A DNA stretch of 64,000 nucleotides from Leucoraja ocellata (Eukaryota), in NCBI GenBank assembly GCA_036785375.1, contig JAWMAR010000346.1, positions 248,001 through 312,000 of the forward strand. The letters run 5' to 3'. A program made the position numbers and the translations under genes. Shown piece by piece: positions 1-13,147 of the stretch; the first letter of the stretch is position 1; every line of letters begins with the position of its first letter. The notes beneath the pieces are model-generated. The model had not been told where the DNA came from. It searched no databases and saw only the letters and a program-made list of their open reading frames with translations.

Positions 1-90
1 CAGGTCAGTCAATATTCTCTTACCAGGAAGAGTCTAGGTGAATTCAGGTTAATGATACCCAATGAAAACGGAAACAAACAATGATCCCCA

Positions 91-173
91 GGGACACAAA
101 AATGCTGGAGAAACTCAGTGGGTGCAGCAGCATCTATGGAGCGAAGGAATAGGCAACGTTTCGGGCCGAAACT
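91..173 (-). mobile_element. Short PLE-tail insertion, subfamily B
   Basis: 12-bp TSD caatgatcccca at 79-90 and 174-185. Confidence 0.8.
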
Positions 174-807
174 CAATGATCCCCATTTCGACAGAGCATT
201 CAATGTATCAAAAAACCTCCAGATGCTTGATAGGTGCATGATAACCAAAGGCTTAGTCACTAGAACAGCTTGTAAGAAGCAGACCAAGATTAATAGCCCT
301 GAGATGACATAGTCCAGTTGAAGGTAAAGCTGTCGAACAATGAAGGGATTCAATGCAGCAACCAAAAATAGGCCACAATTAAAAGAGTGCAGATTGATCA
401 AGCTGCTTATAGTGCTGTAATTAATTATCAACATTCGAAAGGCTAAGACAATGGAAGATTTTGAAAAGGAGCTTGAGACTCGCTCCTTTTAAAGAATAAT
501 GTGTTTTTTGTGATTAGTTCTAAAATAGATGGCCTCACATTTTCACATAATACTGCGATTACCAATTTTCTGCCCACTCAACCCATCTATTATCCTTTAG
601 CAGGCTCCTTGTGTCCTCTTCACACCTACCTATCCATGTATCATCAGCAGATTTGGCTGCAGTGCTGCACTTCATCCCTTCATCTAAATCACTAATGTAG
701 TTTATAACTGATTAAAGCCCAGCACAGTGGCTGTGGTACCACACAGGTTACTGATGGCAATCCTAAAGTGACACATTTATACAAACTTTGGCTCTTTCTA
801 AGAGTAA

Positions 808-1021
808 TGCCCGTCACACTTAGAAAACCTGAACGGAAACCTCTGGAGACTTTGCGCCCCACCCAAGGTTTCCGTGCGGTTCCCGGAGGTTTTTGTCATT
901 CTCCCTACCTGCTTCCACTACCTGCAACCACCTGCAACCACCTGGAACCGCACGGAAACCTTGGGTGGGGCGCAAAGTCTCCAGAGGTTTCCGTTCAGGT
1001 TTCCTAAGTGGGACAGGGGCA
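808..1021. mobile_element. Palindromic MITE (CCTGTCCCAC-end family, Harbinger-like)
   Basis: About 75-bp inverted arms ending aagtgggacaggggca, flanked by taa / tta. Confidence 0.78.
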
Positions 1022-1761
1022 TTAGCCTTTCAACTACACATGCCGAGATATTACTCACAAGCACAGAAACCATCTTGTTCTGTAATCTTTGATGTTGCTC
1101 CTTGTACAATGCTTTCTGGAAATCCTCCCAATTATTGCAAATAAACTTAAAAGGGTCACAAACTAAAGAAAAACTCTGAAATAACCAGGATCATGAAGAG
1201 ACAGTTAGGAAGCTTGGTTTATTTATATAATATGGTTGACTTGTCAAATTAATGATTTACCAGGCACAGTTTCATTAGAGTTATGATGCATATAAAAATA
1301 TCCCATATATAAATAAGAGGCTGGAGTCTGGAATTTATCATCCTCGGGACAGTTGTAAATTCATTGAATTTAAATGTAATGAATGAACACCGCCTCCAGT
1401 CATGAGCTGTTTATGACTAATATTAGTTACTGTCTTGGCCACCGTTTAATTGGAGACACAAGAGACTGCAGATGTTGGAATCTGGTGTGAAGAAAGCATG
1501 CTGGAGGAACTCAGCAGGTCAAGCAGCATCTATGGGGGAAACACGATGATCAACATTCTGGTTATAACCTGCTTTAAGTCCTGATGCAGGATTTCAATCC
1601 AAAATGGACATCACCATTTTGCCTCCACAGATACTGCATAACCTGTTGAGTGCCTCAAGCAGTCTGTTTTTTTTTGTATGAGTTTAGTTTAGTTTTGAGT
1701 GTAGTTTTGAGATACAGCATGGAAACAGGCCCTTCAGCCCACCGAGTCTGTGCCGGTCAAC

Positions 1762-2337
1762 CAGGCACGTGCCGTCATGGTAGGCAAGGTAGGCAGTGCC
1801 TACCGTGACTAAAATTATAAAATGGTAATTATTAAATATAAATAGTAAAGGCATTGATCTCCGAGGTAGGCATAACTCTCCCGTGCCTTTCATCCTCAGT
1901 AACACGCGAAAGTCTGTGCAACTCACGTGCCGTCGACCCTGCTTCAAGCCTTCAATGACAACGGTCTATAAAGGCAGCTGAAATTCTGCCTTTGCACCAT
2001 GGATTGCGTGCATGTGCAGCGCAGCGTACCGCGTATGCGCAGCGCAAGTTTCTTGGCGGGTTTTTCAAACATGGATTGTCATTAACTTAAGAGTATCTTA
2101 AGAAACAAAGAGAGAAGAATGGAGTTCGTGCACAAATCTTGTTGTAAGTAAATTTCTTGAGCTATATGTTTTAAAAAATACTTTATTAAGAGATAAGGCT
2201 TTTGAAGACAAATTACTTTATAAAAATCGACTGACTGCCTACCGGAGGGGAAAACAATCTGCGCATTCACGGTTTTTAAGATTTTTAAAAAGTCGACTGA
2301 CTACCTACCCTGAGTAATATCTCACGGCACGTGCCAG
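1762..2337. mobile_element. Non-autonomous hAT-like element inserted in a SINE tail
   Basis: TIRs caggcacgtgccgt / acggcacgtgccag, decayed 8-bp TSD cggtcaac / tggccaat, subterminal (G/A)CCTACC motifs. Confidence 0.7.
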
Positions 2338-2739
2338 TGGCCAATGATCCCTGCACATTAACATTATCCTACACAGGATCATTAAGAGTCATACAGCATG
2401 GGAAGAGGCCGTATGGTGCAAATTGTCCATGCTGGCCAAAATGCCCCGTTACATTAGTCTCATCTGCCTGTGTTTGGCCCCCTTTGTGAGAAAAGCTTTG
2501 CCACTCTGGTTCCAATTACATCTTTCCCCTCTCACCTTAAACCTCCGACATCTGGTTCTTGATTCCCCTACCCTGGGTAAAAGACTCTGTGCATCTACTC
2601 TGATCTTATACATCTCCAAAAGATCACCTCTCATCTCCTACGTTCCAGCATGTCCAACCTCTCCCTATAACTTACGCCCTCAAGTCATGGCAACATCCTC
2701 GGAAATCTTTGAACGTTTTCAAGCTTAACAATATCTTTC

Positions 2740-3203
2740 GGATACGAAGCGGAGTTCACGCGACGATCGCGCTAAGTTCGCGCGTGACGTCATTTGCGTC
2801 ATGCTTACCAATCAGCTGGGCAGCAGGCAGGCCGACTAAATTTGGGCGTTGCACAGTGTCGGGCGGTGACATCATCACGCAACGCCACGCCGGGTAGTGA
2901 CGTCATCGCACAACACCACGCGCTAGGCATACGCCATCAAGACGCTGCGTACGCCGTCAAGACGCTGCCGTCAAGACACTGCGTACGACCGCAATGCGCC
3001 TGCGTGCCGACAGGCCGTTGGCACCCGAAGATTTCGGCCCCTGCAAGAATTTCGGAGCCCCACGCGATGTTGGGACCAGCCCCGTACAACTCCGCGCTTC
3101 TAAGTGGGTCCGGCCCCGTGCGGCCATACGGTGCCCGTACGTCTCAAGCGACCACGAGGTCGCGTAATTTGCGAGCCAAGGTCGCGTAAGTGGGACAGGC
3201 CCT
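2740..3203. mobile_element. CpG-rich MITE fragment of the same terminal family
   Basis: Ends aagtgggacaggccct-tta. The left end was not found. Confidence 0.65.
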
Positions 3204-3404
3204 TTATTCTCTACCGAAAGTAGACACAAGATGATGGAGTAACTCAGCGGGACAGGCAATATATCTGGATAGAAGGAGTGGATGATGTTTCAGGGTGAGA
3301 CCAGAAATGCTCTTGTCCTTCTGAGTTACTACAACATTTTGTGTCTGTATTCAGTGTATAACCAGCATCTACAGTTCCTTCCTACACACTTTTAAATGTC
3401 TATA

Positions 3405-3762
3405 CGCAGAACACCAGGAGACTGAAGAGTGATCTTACCGATGTATAAAGTCACGAGGGGTGTGGATAGGCTGAAGGCACACGGCCATTTTCAATAACAG
3501 GAGTGCCTGGGTTTAAGGTGAGTGGAGAAAGATGAAATAGGAACCAGAGGGACAACTTTTTCACAGAGGTTGATGTCTATATGGAACGGGCTGCCAGAAG
3601 AGGTGGTTAGGCGGTACGATAAAATATATTTGGATAATTACATGGGTTGGAAAGCTTTGGAGGGGTATGGGCAATGTGGGCAAATGTGAATAGTGTAGAT
3701 GGGCATCTTAGTTGGCATGGATGAGTAGGCCAATACTGTTTCCATACGGTATGAATCTATGA
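3405..3762 (+). mobile_element. Old CR1 3' end
   Basis: Decayed RRLRGDL / FFTQRV coding and CR1 3' UTR. Confidence 0.7.
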
Positions 3763-4377
3763 CCAGCTTAGTGCTATAATTTTGATGTTGGGAAAGACAG
3801 GAAAAGACGCCCAGTCACAAAATGAGCACATAAAATAACCAATAAAATGTCTACAGCACGATGGTCCAGTCCTGAAAATACAACAACCTAAATCTCAGAA
3901 TTTTACAGATCACTTCCTCTGATGTGGCCGATAGTCTGATTGAATTCTCTTCACAGACGTGGCATTCATCATAATTATATTTTCAATGAGATGAAACAGA
4001 AACAACTTATTTTCTGATCATTAGTTTTACTACTGACTACCAATTTTGAATGATTTTTTATCATTATCAGTTCAGCATTTTACAATGTGCCCTCAAACAC
4101 AGCATCAATGTTTTAGTTCATGTGAGCATAAATAAGGTCATTTTACAGCCATTAAATGATTAGTTGTCAGATGCTGGCTATTCACTCTAACAACAACAGT
4201 CTTGAAAAGTAGAGCTAAGTCTTAAACTATTTGCAATTAGTGCAGACTTCTCCTGCCAATAGTGAGGTCCAAAAACAGTGGCGTGGTCCACAACAGGGCA
4301 CCGTGCCTGTGTGTGATTCAAAATTGCACCAATCCACAAGGGACAGAGATAGAGTAAAACTGTGATAAATGTCAGAT

Positions 4378-4560
4378 ATGTGTAGGAAGGAACTGCAGAT
4401 GCTGGTTTAAACTGAAGATAGACGCAAAATGCTGGAGTAACTCAGCGGGACAGGCAGCATCTCTGGAGAGAAGGAATGGGTGACGTTTCGTGTCGAGACC
4501 CTTCTTCAGACTGAAAGTCACGGGAAAGGGAAATGCGAGATATAGACGATGATGTAGAGA
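4378..4560 (-). mobile_element. Short PLE-tail insertion, subfamily A
   Basis: Full tail with near-intact hammerhead core at 4482-4509. tcagatatgt occurs on both flanks. Confidence 0.78.
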
Positions 4561-5418
4561 GATATATGGAGATATAGTGAGATACATCAGATATGTTTAA
4601 TGTATCTCAGCAAATATTCAGGTCAGCTGCCAGACATGCTGGAAACATAGTGGGTTAAACATGTGGCATAAATTTTAACTACATCTGTAAACAAGTCAAT
4701 GCATAATCTATAAAAGCAGATAAATAGTCATATTAAGGATGGATGGGCATTTAACTGTTGCCCTTGTGGATAACCATTTCCAGTTGTCGTGAAGTGTTCC
4801 CAAAGAGCCTTAATTCTGTCTCTCCGGGGTCCATTTACTAATCCTTTGCTTGCACTATCTAATTATTGGGCAAACTATTATAGATTTATCAGGCCACAGC
4901 CATTAAGAATGCCACTTGTTCACTTCAGTTCAATAACACTGGTTTCTTTCATTCCCAAGTATAAATGTACAAAATACTGAACCCTCAGGCAAGGTTGGAG
5001 ATTACATATTAAGGAAAACAATTGGAACTGTTGCTTTTGACATATGAATCTTGAGGAGAAAATGATAGGGGTTTGCGATGAAAAGACTGACAGCATGAAT
5101 AAGGAAAATTTGTTTCCACTTGGAGGAGGTTTTGTAACAAAAATGCACCAATCCATTGTAAACAAATGGAAGGCAAAGGAATCAGAGGTAACACAAGGAA
5201 ACAGTCGATCACATCATGATGACAACATCGATTCAGTGAATTAGATAAATAATTATAAATTTGATGTCTAACCGTGAAGTAAATCTATGATGTTATGTAT
5301 AGGAAGATAGACTGAAAAAGCTGGAGTAACTCAGTGAGTCAGACAGCATCTCTGGGGAAAAGGAGTAGGTGATGTTTCGGGTCGAGACCCTTCTTCAGAA
5401 TATTCAGAAATTATGTTA

Positions 5419-5704
5419 TAATAATAATAATAATAATAATTTTATTTATAGAGCACTTTAAAAACAAACATAGCTGCAACAAAGTGCTGTACATCACTAA
5501 TCATTGACAAAAAAGTTAATACACACCAAAAATAACAATCAAAAGAAATAGTAGGAAAAGACATGTAAAATAAAGAAACATCAAAAACACCACAAACAGA
5601 AGCAAAGCTTCAGGCATGGTCAAAAGCCAGGGAGTACAAATGCGTTTTAACACTGGATTTGAAGATGGACAGTGAGGGGGCCTGTCTGATGTGCAACGGC
5701 AGGG
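5419..5704 (-). mobile_element. L2 LINE 3' end, near-identical to 18578-18855
   Basis: Same 3' UTR and (TTA)n tail with few substitutions. Confidence 0.9.
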
Positions 5705-6787
5705 GAAAGACTAGTAGAGGTGGACTAGCTTGGAACTTTCAGTGTTGTAATATTTTATGTGTAGGAAGGAACTGCAGATGCTGGTTTAAACCAGAGAAAG
5801 ACACAAAATGCTGGAGTAACTTAGCGGGACAGGCAGCATCTCTGGAGTGAAGACTTTCTCGCTGAGTTACTCCAGTATTTTGTAATATTTTAAGATTATT
5901 ATACAGAGGACAGTGAAACTCCCCAAGATCCAACTCTGACTATAAAGGAGGACTGTATCTAACCCTGCGAGGAAGGAGGTTGAAGCAGGTTTTCTCCATC
6001 AGCATTGCTGGAGTGGATGGGCAGAATGTTCTGAACTGAACTGAACATCATCCCCAGTGATGGATGGCACTTGCTCTGCAAATTCCACGTCTGAAATTTG
6101 GTTCAGAATGTGAAAATCAAGCAACATACAGCCACCATCACACTGCTCTATGGAGCGCAACAACATCTGGCCACAGCTGGCTCATGTGCAAAAAAATAAA
6201 CTGCTGCGGGAATTCAGTGGGTCAGGCAGCATTTGTAGAGGAAAATGGACAGACAACAGTTTGAATCGGGATCCTTGTTCAGTACAATGTTCCCCTCAGA
6301 CCTATCTCAATCCTCATGCATCAGTAGGTGTTTTGTGACAGCTGACAAGAAAATAGTATTTTTTACAAAGGGGACCATCGCTGCCCAGCCTGGCCAACGT
6401 GATTACCTCTCACAACCTTCTCATGCTTGACCATCCCACTTCCACCCATGCCCACGGCATGGTTTGTCCAAAGCATCAGAGGTAAACCATTTTGTTTTAA
6501 GACAAGATTGTCTATTTAGTTGTACGTAACCGTGGTCAGGCAGGTGTGGTTCTCACAAAGCCTCACAATCTTCAACCACATACTTGAAGTCTGTTTCTCC
6601 TTCTCCCTCTGCAAATAAATGTTTCTTCAAATGCAAAGCCGTCACAACATAAATAACATTTGAAAATCCAACGAAGGAGGGGGGTATGAATTAGTAATTC
6701 AAAGCTTCAAATTATTGTCCGTCGCTTTCCAATATTACTAATTGTTAAGTAACTCCCTCACCAGCACACAATTTTAAAGGAGTCTTA

Positions 6788-7125
6788 GAGTGATATGGTT
6801 TGGAACCAGGCCCTTTGGCCCAACTTGCCCACACCGGCCAACATGTCCCAGCTACACGAGTCCCACCTGCCTGCGTTTGGTCCGCATCCCTCCAAACATA
6901 TCCTATCCATGTGCCTGTCTAACTATCTCAAACGTTGGGTAGTCCCAGCCTCAACTACCTCCTCTGGCAGCTCGTTCCACACACCCACCACTCGATTTGT
7001 GTGAAAAAAGTTACCCCTCAGATTTCTATTAAATCTTTTCCCCTTCACCTTGAACCTATATCCCTTGGTCCTCGATTCCCAAGTGATTTTGTGCATCCAC
7101 CCGATCTATTCCTCTCATGATTTTA
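6788..7125 (-). mobile_element. CR1 3' end
   Basis: Reverse-complement similarity to the 53845-54125 copy. Confidence 0.82.
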
Positions 7126-8589
7126 TGCACATTCATCTCCAATATCGCTAAAGTATTATTCAAAATTTCATAACGTGACTAATCATGCTTCAGGACTGAA
7201 ACTTTCAAAGCCCCCGGTCAGCTCAGTGCTTTCACCATTGTTACGTCTATTAAGGGGATTGGAAAATGACACACAAAATCTATGCAAGGCTCTTTACAGT
7301 GTGAAATTATTCAAACTTAAACTAGCTTCACAAAGCCCCTGGCATCATTCCCCTATCCCAGGTCTGGTCCCCTGCACCCCACCCCAAGCCTTCCCAGAAA
7401 ATCTTTCCAGCTTCTATACTAACAAGGAAGTGCAGATGCTGCTTTATACCAACGCAAAATATCTGGAGTAATTCAACAGGTCAGGCAGCATCTCTGGAGA
7501 AAATGGAGAGGTGACGTTTCGAGTCGGGGCCCTTGTTCAGTCTGATAGTCATGGAAATTCCGAACCAAAGCTACTGCACTGAATGTAATGCCACATCAAT
7601 AAAACACAGCCTTGGGTCAAAAGTTGTACAACTCCTGAAATAACACACTAGAAACTGTCACATCGCAGACTGCCACGAACTCTGCCACTTTCCAGTTCAT
7701 TTCATCATCCTCACAATGAGCATCGAAGCAATGCTTCCTCACAGCTGGGACAACCAGTGGGGTCCCTGGCTCAATTAGCAGCTGTGCTGCACAGGGGCCG
7801 ACTATTAACTGTTCTGCATAATTATCACACCCTCCAAAGGCCGGGATGTTGTGCAGAACCTTCTTAAACTCCATGAGAAAATGTAGCCTTCAATCGCCCG
7901 TACCTTAAGTACCAATGCGGTAATTCAACCGGAGAGTCTCAATTGCCCTCGACTTGTTATGTTAAAGTATTCACAATTATTGCCCATCATGAGAACTAAA
8001 ACTGCATGCGGAGAACTGGGCCACACTGCAATTGGCCCAACTGCTGGCGTCTCCATGGAGAACCAGCCACTATTTTACCCTTGCTTCAGTTTGTCACTAA
8101 TCTACCTCGCTACATTTTGCTGGCACGACTAACCTCTCAGTCGACCTCCTAACTCACCAGCCACAATCCAGCGCCTGAACAAAATGGAGGGAGGCTCTAA
8201 GGCGTTTGACAATGATGAGTTGCCACAGGGCCATTAGAATATTCAGAGGCCAAAACCACCGGGCCTCTTCCTGAAACCAAATCAGCACTCATGGCCCAAC
8301 CTACACGATACAATATGGAGGCTGGGGTCAGCCAACCCTCTGTGTCATGAACAGAAGAACCTGGAAACAGCAATAGGCCACTTTCCCCTCAAGCATGCCA
8401 CAGCATCCCATAGGATCATGATGGACCCAACAACAGCCTCATCTCCTCCTCCATGCTTTTCCTATTGCATCCAATTCCCATTTCTTCTCCTTTAAAATCC
8501 CTGCAATGGTTGAGTCTCCAAACCCTTTCCTGCTGGTTATCCCAAGATTTACCACAACACAAGTCCCTCTTACAAACTTCAGTTTTAAA

Positions 8590-8982
8590 ACGATCATCGC
8601 AAATCTTGCATTGATGTAATGTACATTACCTGTAATTTCATGATAGGACAACCCTCTCATTCCACAAATTGGCTTGGTGAAAGTCTTTTGTACTGCCTCT
8701 AGTGACAGTATATATATTCTTAAAACAAGGCGATCAAAACAGCGCTCCGAATGTGGTCTCACCAGTACCCTGTACAATTGTAACAACACTTCTTCACCTT
8801 TAAACTCCAACGTCTTGCAATGCAAGCCAACATGCCATTTACATTCTGCACTAGCTGCTGCATCAGCCTACTAACTCTTTGTGGTTCATGCACAAGATCA
8901 CTTGGATCCCTCTGTACTTCACTCGACTGCAATTTTTCTCCATTTACACAATAAGCAGCCGTTAGAATCCTCCTACTGGAGT
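8590..8982 (-). mobile_element. Older CR1 fragment interrupted by the young CR1 (continues at about 10099-10200)
   Basis: ORFs 8439..8825 and 8759..8989 are CR1 RT-like (VLLQLYRVLVRPH). Confidence 0.8.
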
Positions 8983-10098
8983 GAAACATAGAAACATAGA
9001 AACATAGAAATTAGGTGCAGGAGTAGGCCATTCGGCCCTTCGAGCCTGCACCGCCATTTAATATGATCATGGCTGATCATCCAACTCAGTATCCCGTACC
9101 TGCCTTCTCTCCATACCCTCTGATCCCCTTGGCCACAAGGGCCACATCTAACTCCCTCTTAAATATAGCCAATGAACTGGCCTCAACTACCCTCTGTGGC
9201 AGAGAGTTCCAGAGATTCACCACTCTCTGTGTGAAAAAAGTTCTCCTCATCTCGGTTTTAAAGGATTTCCCCCTTATCCTTAAGCTGTAACCCCTTGTCC
9301 TGGACTTCCCCAACATCGGGAACAATCTTCCTGCATCTAGCCTGTCCAACCCCTTAAGAATTTTGTAAGTTTCTATAAGATCCCCTCTCAATCTCCTAAA
9401 TTCTAGAGAGTATAAACCAAGTCTATCCAGTCTTTCTTCATAAGACAGTCCTGACATCCCAGGAATCAGTCTGGTGAACCTTCTCTGCACTCCCTCTATG
9501 GCAATAATGTCCTTCCTCCGATTTGGAGACCAAAACTGCACGCAATACTCCAGGTGTGGTCTCACCAAGACCCTGTACAACTGCAGTAGAACCTCCCTGC
9601 TCCTATACTCAAATCCTCTTGCTATGAAAGCCAACATACCATTCGCTTTCTTTACTGCCTGCTGCACCTGCATGCCTACCTTCAATGACTGGTGTACCAT
9701 GACACCCAAGTCTCGCTGCATCTCCCCCTTTCCCAATCGGCCACCGTTTAGATAATAATCTGCTTTCCCGTTTTTGCCACCAAAATGGATAACCTCACAT
9801 TTATCCACATTAAACTGCATCTGCCAAACATTTGCCTACTCACCCAGCCTATCCAAGTCACCTTGCAGTCTCCTAGCATCCTCCTCACACCTAACACTGC
9901 CCCCCAGCTTAGTGTCATCCGCAAACTTGGAGATATTGCCTTCAATTCCCTCATCCAGATCATTAATATATATTGTAAATAGCTGGGGTCCCAGTACTGA
10001 GCCTTGCGGTACCCCACTAGTCACTGCCTGCCATTGTGAAAAGGACCCGTTTACTCCTACTCTTTGCTTCCTGTTTGCCAGCTAGTTCTCTATCCACA
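8983..10098 (-). mobile_element. Young 5'-truncated CR1 LINE (RT C-terminus, 3' UTR, microsatellite tail)
   Basis: [49 protein letters not shown]. One in-frame stop at 9836-9838. (TTTCTATG)n tail at 8983-9010. Confidence 0.97.
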
Positions 10099-10474
10099 TG
10101 ACATCGCACTTCCCCATGTTAAACTTCCATTGTACCAAGTTTTCACCCATCCTCTCAACCCATCTGTGTTGAGTTGTTGGGTCCAAATATCCTCATTGGA
10201 ATAGTTTACTCTGGGTGGGTAGCCACAACCGGTGGTCAGTTCAATTAGAAACACGTCTAGCCAAGTTTATTGATGACGCAAACATAGGTGGCATTTACGA
10301 TGATATTAATTGTTTGAGATTGATTAAGTGAATGGTAAGAAATGTGACAAATCTGATTTTAATGAAAAAGTGACCATCTTTGGGCAGAAAAATCAAACAT
10401 GCAAATTAATTTGCAAATATTGAAAAGGAGGTTCACGGATATAAGGAATCATTTGCATTTGAATTTGAATCAGT

Positions 10475-10502
10475 CTGAAGAAGGGTCTCGACCCGAAACG
10501 TC
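10475..10502 (+). ncRNA. Minimal hammerhead ribozyme core (PLE-type), subfamily A consensus copy
   Basis: CTGAAGA-A-GGGTC(TC)GACCC-GAAA-CG-TC: CUGANGA box, stem II hairpin, GAAA box, minimal stem III and GUC site. Confidence 0.7.
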
Positions 10503-11267
10503 ACCTATTCCTTTTCTCCAGAGATGCTGTCTGACCCTCTGAGTTACTCCAGCTTTTTGTGTCTGTCCTAGAAACCATTTTGGTCTTGGGTAAATAAAGA
10601 AATTAATCAAGAAAGGTTATGACGCCATATCAATGCTGCAACAAACCCTGTTGAGACTAGGGCTGGAGTATTGGGTTTTCAGCCGTGAACCTGAGGAGGT
10701 ATGGGATGTGTACAACACGGGTTCTCACGCACATCACTTCCACTGTAGGGGCTAAATTATGAAGAGAGATGAAACAATCCCTAGATTTTTGAATAGTTCG
10801 AGCATGATTTGATCAAAGATTGTATGAGGCTAAGGGTCATTACCAGGGTACATTGAAAGAGACAATTCCTGTTGGGTGGAGAACATAGCTCAAAAAGCAT
10901 CTGCAATTTATTGTGCAACTTAAGTCCCGGAGATATGGTTTAAAACTTTGAATTGTCCTTTCAGAAGTAAGTAACAGATTTAGTTTTCTAAATTTAACTA
11001 GCACTAGCTTTAAATTGTAATTTTCAAATTGCACCTACACTAAATGAATTGGTCATTTTAAAATCTGTGGATGATGTACTTTAACACCTTAAAAATCGGA
11101 AAGAATCTGACATGTAAATTTATCTCTCAAAGCACCCATAACCATATTGAAATGGCAGATCAAGCTGGAGGTTCCTTGCGCAAGTCACTAACTTTTGCAC
11201 AGACAAGTTTATTATCAGTCTCTTTCTCACAGCAGCTTCTTAATGCTGAAAATTCATCATTTAAGTT

Positions 11268-11566
11268 GGGCAACACAGTGGTGCAGCGGTAGAGCTATTG
11301 CCTTATAGCGGCAGAGACCCGGGTTCAATCCTGACTACGGATGCTGTCTATGCGGAGTTAGTACGTTCTCCCTGTGACCTGCGTGGGTTTTCTCCGAGTT
11401 AGTCGGTTTCCTCCCACACTCCAAAGACGTCCAGGTTTGTAGGTTAATTAGCTTGGTATCAATGTACCAGTGTGTGGCGGGTAGTGTTAACATGCCGGGA
11501 TCTCTGGTCAGCGCAGACTCGGTGGGCTGAAGGGCCTGTTTCTGCGCTGCATCTCGAAACTAAACT
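11268..11566 (+). mobile_element. HE1-like tRNA-derived V-SINE, full length
   Basis: A box tggtgcagcgg, B box ggttcaatcc, V domain (gtacgttctccc...ctcccacactccaaagac), CR1-like tail and (aaact)n. Confidence 0.9.
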
Positions 11567-12212
11567 CAGAAAGAAAACAGAGAAACACTGGCAAAAGAGT
11601 AATGGTGGAAAAAGAGTAGAAAAAAGAGCCAGAATCAGAGAGAAACAATCAAGGTCGTCTCATTGCAATGGACCAAGACCAGTAAATACCAATTGAACAC
11701 TTGAATATCAAGATATTTAAAATGGATACAAAAGTTAATTAACTCCTAGTAAAATCTGTGCTGTGTTTTTGTTCAAATACATGGCACTGACATTAGGAAC
11801 GGCACAGGGGGAGCTTTGATGTGCATTGTGTCTATGCTGACTCTTTAAAAGAGCAATCCTATTAATAATACTCCCATATGTAATGTTTATAGCAATTATA
11901 TATTCCAGGAACAATATCTTTTTCTGGCCACCTTGTTTAAATGTTTTGAATCAGCACCGTGTCCAAATCACTGTTCCCCACTGTGCACTCTTCTGATGCT
12001 GTTTTATCTTTTATGATCTTTGCTCTTTCATTTGACATCTGTTTCTCCTTCCCTCTCAGTAAATGCTTACCATCACTTTTCCACATTTAAGGGACACTAT
12101 AAATGAAAACTATGCTGATGACAACACGGGTCAAACCAAATATAATCCTTGTTTGCACAAATCCTCAATGTAATTGAGAATGTTAACTCGAGTTATGCAA
12201 TGGAAAAGTAAA

Positions 12213-12500
12213 GGGCAACACCATGAAGCAGCTGGTAGAATTACATCCTCACCGCGCCAGAGACTGACCTTGGGCATTGGCTGTGCAGCAGTTTGCACGT
12301 TCTCCATGTGACTATAGGGGTTTCCTCCAGCTGCTTCGGGTTTTTCCCCTACCCCAAAGAGTGGCCTTTCTAAAATTGCCCCAGTGTTTAAGGAGTCGGT
12401 GAGAAAGTTGTATAATATAGAACTAACGTGAATGGGTGATCAGTGGCCAGCATGGACCCAGTGGGCTGAAGGTCCGTGTTTTCATCCTGTGTCTCTAAGA
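12213..12500 (+). mobile_element. Degenerate HE1-like SINE
   Basis: Same head, V domain and tail order. Confidence 0.75.
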
Positions 12501-12503
12501 TCA

Positions 12504-12662
12504 NNNNNNNNNNNNNNNNNNNNNNNNNNNNNNNNNNNNNNNNNNNNNNNNNNNNNNNNNNNNNNNNNNNNNNNNNNNNNNNNNNNNNNNNNNNNNNNNN
12601 NNNNNNNNNNNNNNNNNNNNNNNNNNNNNNNNNNNNNNNNNNNNNNNNNNNNNNNNNNNNNN
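12504..12662. other. Assembly gap (159 N)
   Basis: Run of N. Confidence 1.
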
Positions 12663-13035
12663 CCCTCTTTACATCATGCTCTCAAGTCAGTACGACTAGA
12701 ATCTAATCACTGCTGCTCTTAACATCTACTTTGCAAAATCTTTGACTACTGGTAATTAAGGACATTGAGAGCACATTAAAACAATGACTATATGTATGAA
12801 GGAGCATTTCAATAGCAGGATATGTTATGTCAGCAACATTTGTTTACTGAAGAATATCTGTTTTGCAAAGGGTGGGACCCAAAGCTAAAATGAAGATGTA
12901 CGATGGGTCTGTATCTGGGTCTGTATCAGAGTTATTGAGGCTGCAAAGGCACCTAAACACCTTTTTGTAGCAGCAGCAACCAAAAAATGACCTCCAACTC
13001 TCGGCATACTTTGCTCCACGTCAAACCTTAACTGA

Positions 13036-13147
13036 TGTTTAAGAAGGAACTGCAGATGCTGGAGAAGGGTTTCGGCCCGAAACATCGCCTATTTCCTTCG
13101 CTCCATAGATGCTGCTGCACCCGCTGAGTTTCTCCAGCGTTTTTGTG
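13036..13147. mobile_element. Short PLE-tail insertion, subfamily B, internally inverted
   Basis: aaaccttaactgatgttt is duplicated at 13023-13040 and 13148-13165. The extreme 3' end is on minus, the remainder on plus. Confidence 0.8.

Noticed and set aside
2740-3203. CpG-rich patch (also 15253-15608) considered as a CpG-island promoter
   Set aside because: Bounded by MITE termini and similar to each other, so TE-derived.
11268-11345. tRNA-like A and B boxes
   Set aside because: SINE head continuous with the V domain and tail. No complete cloverleaf or terminator.
12432-12722. ORFs spanning the first gap
   Set aside because: Artefacts of N runs.
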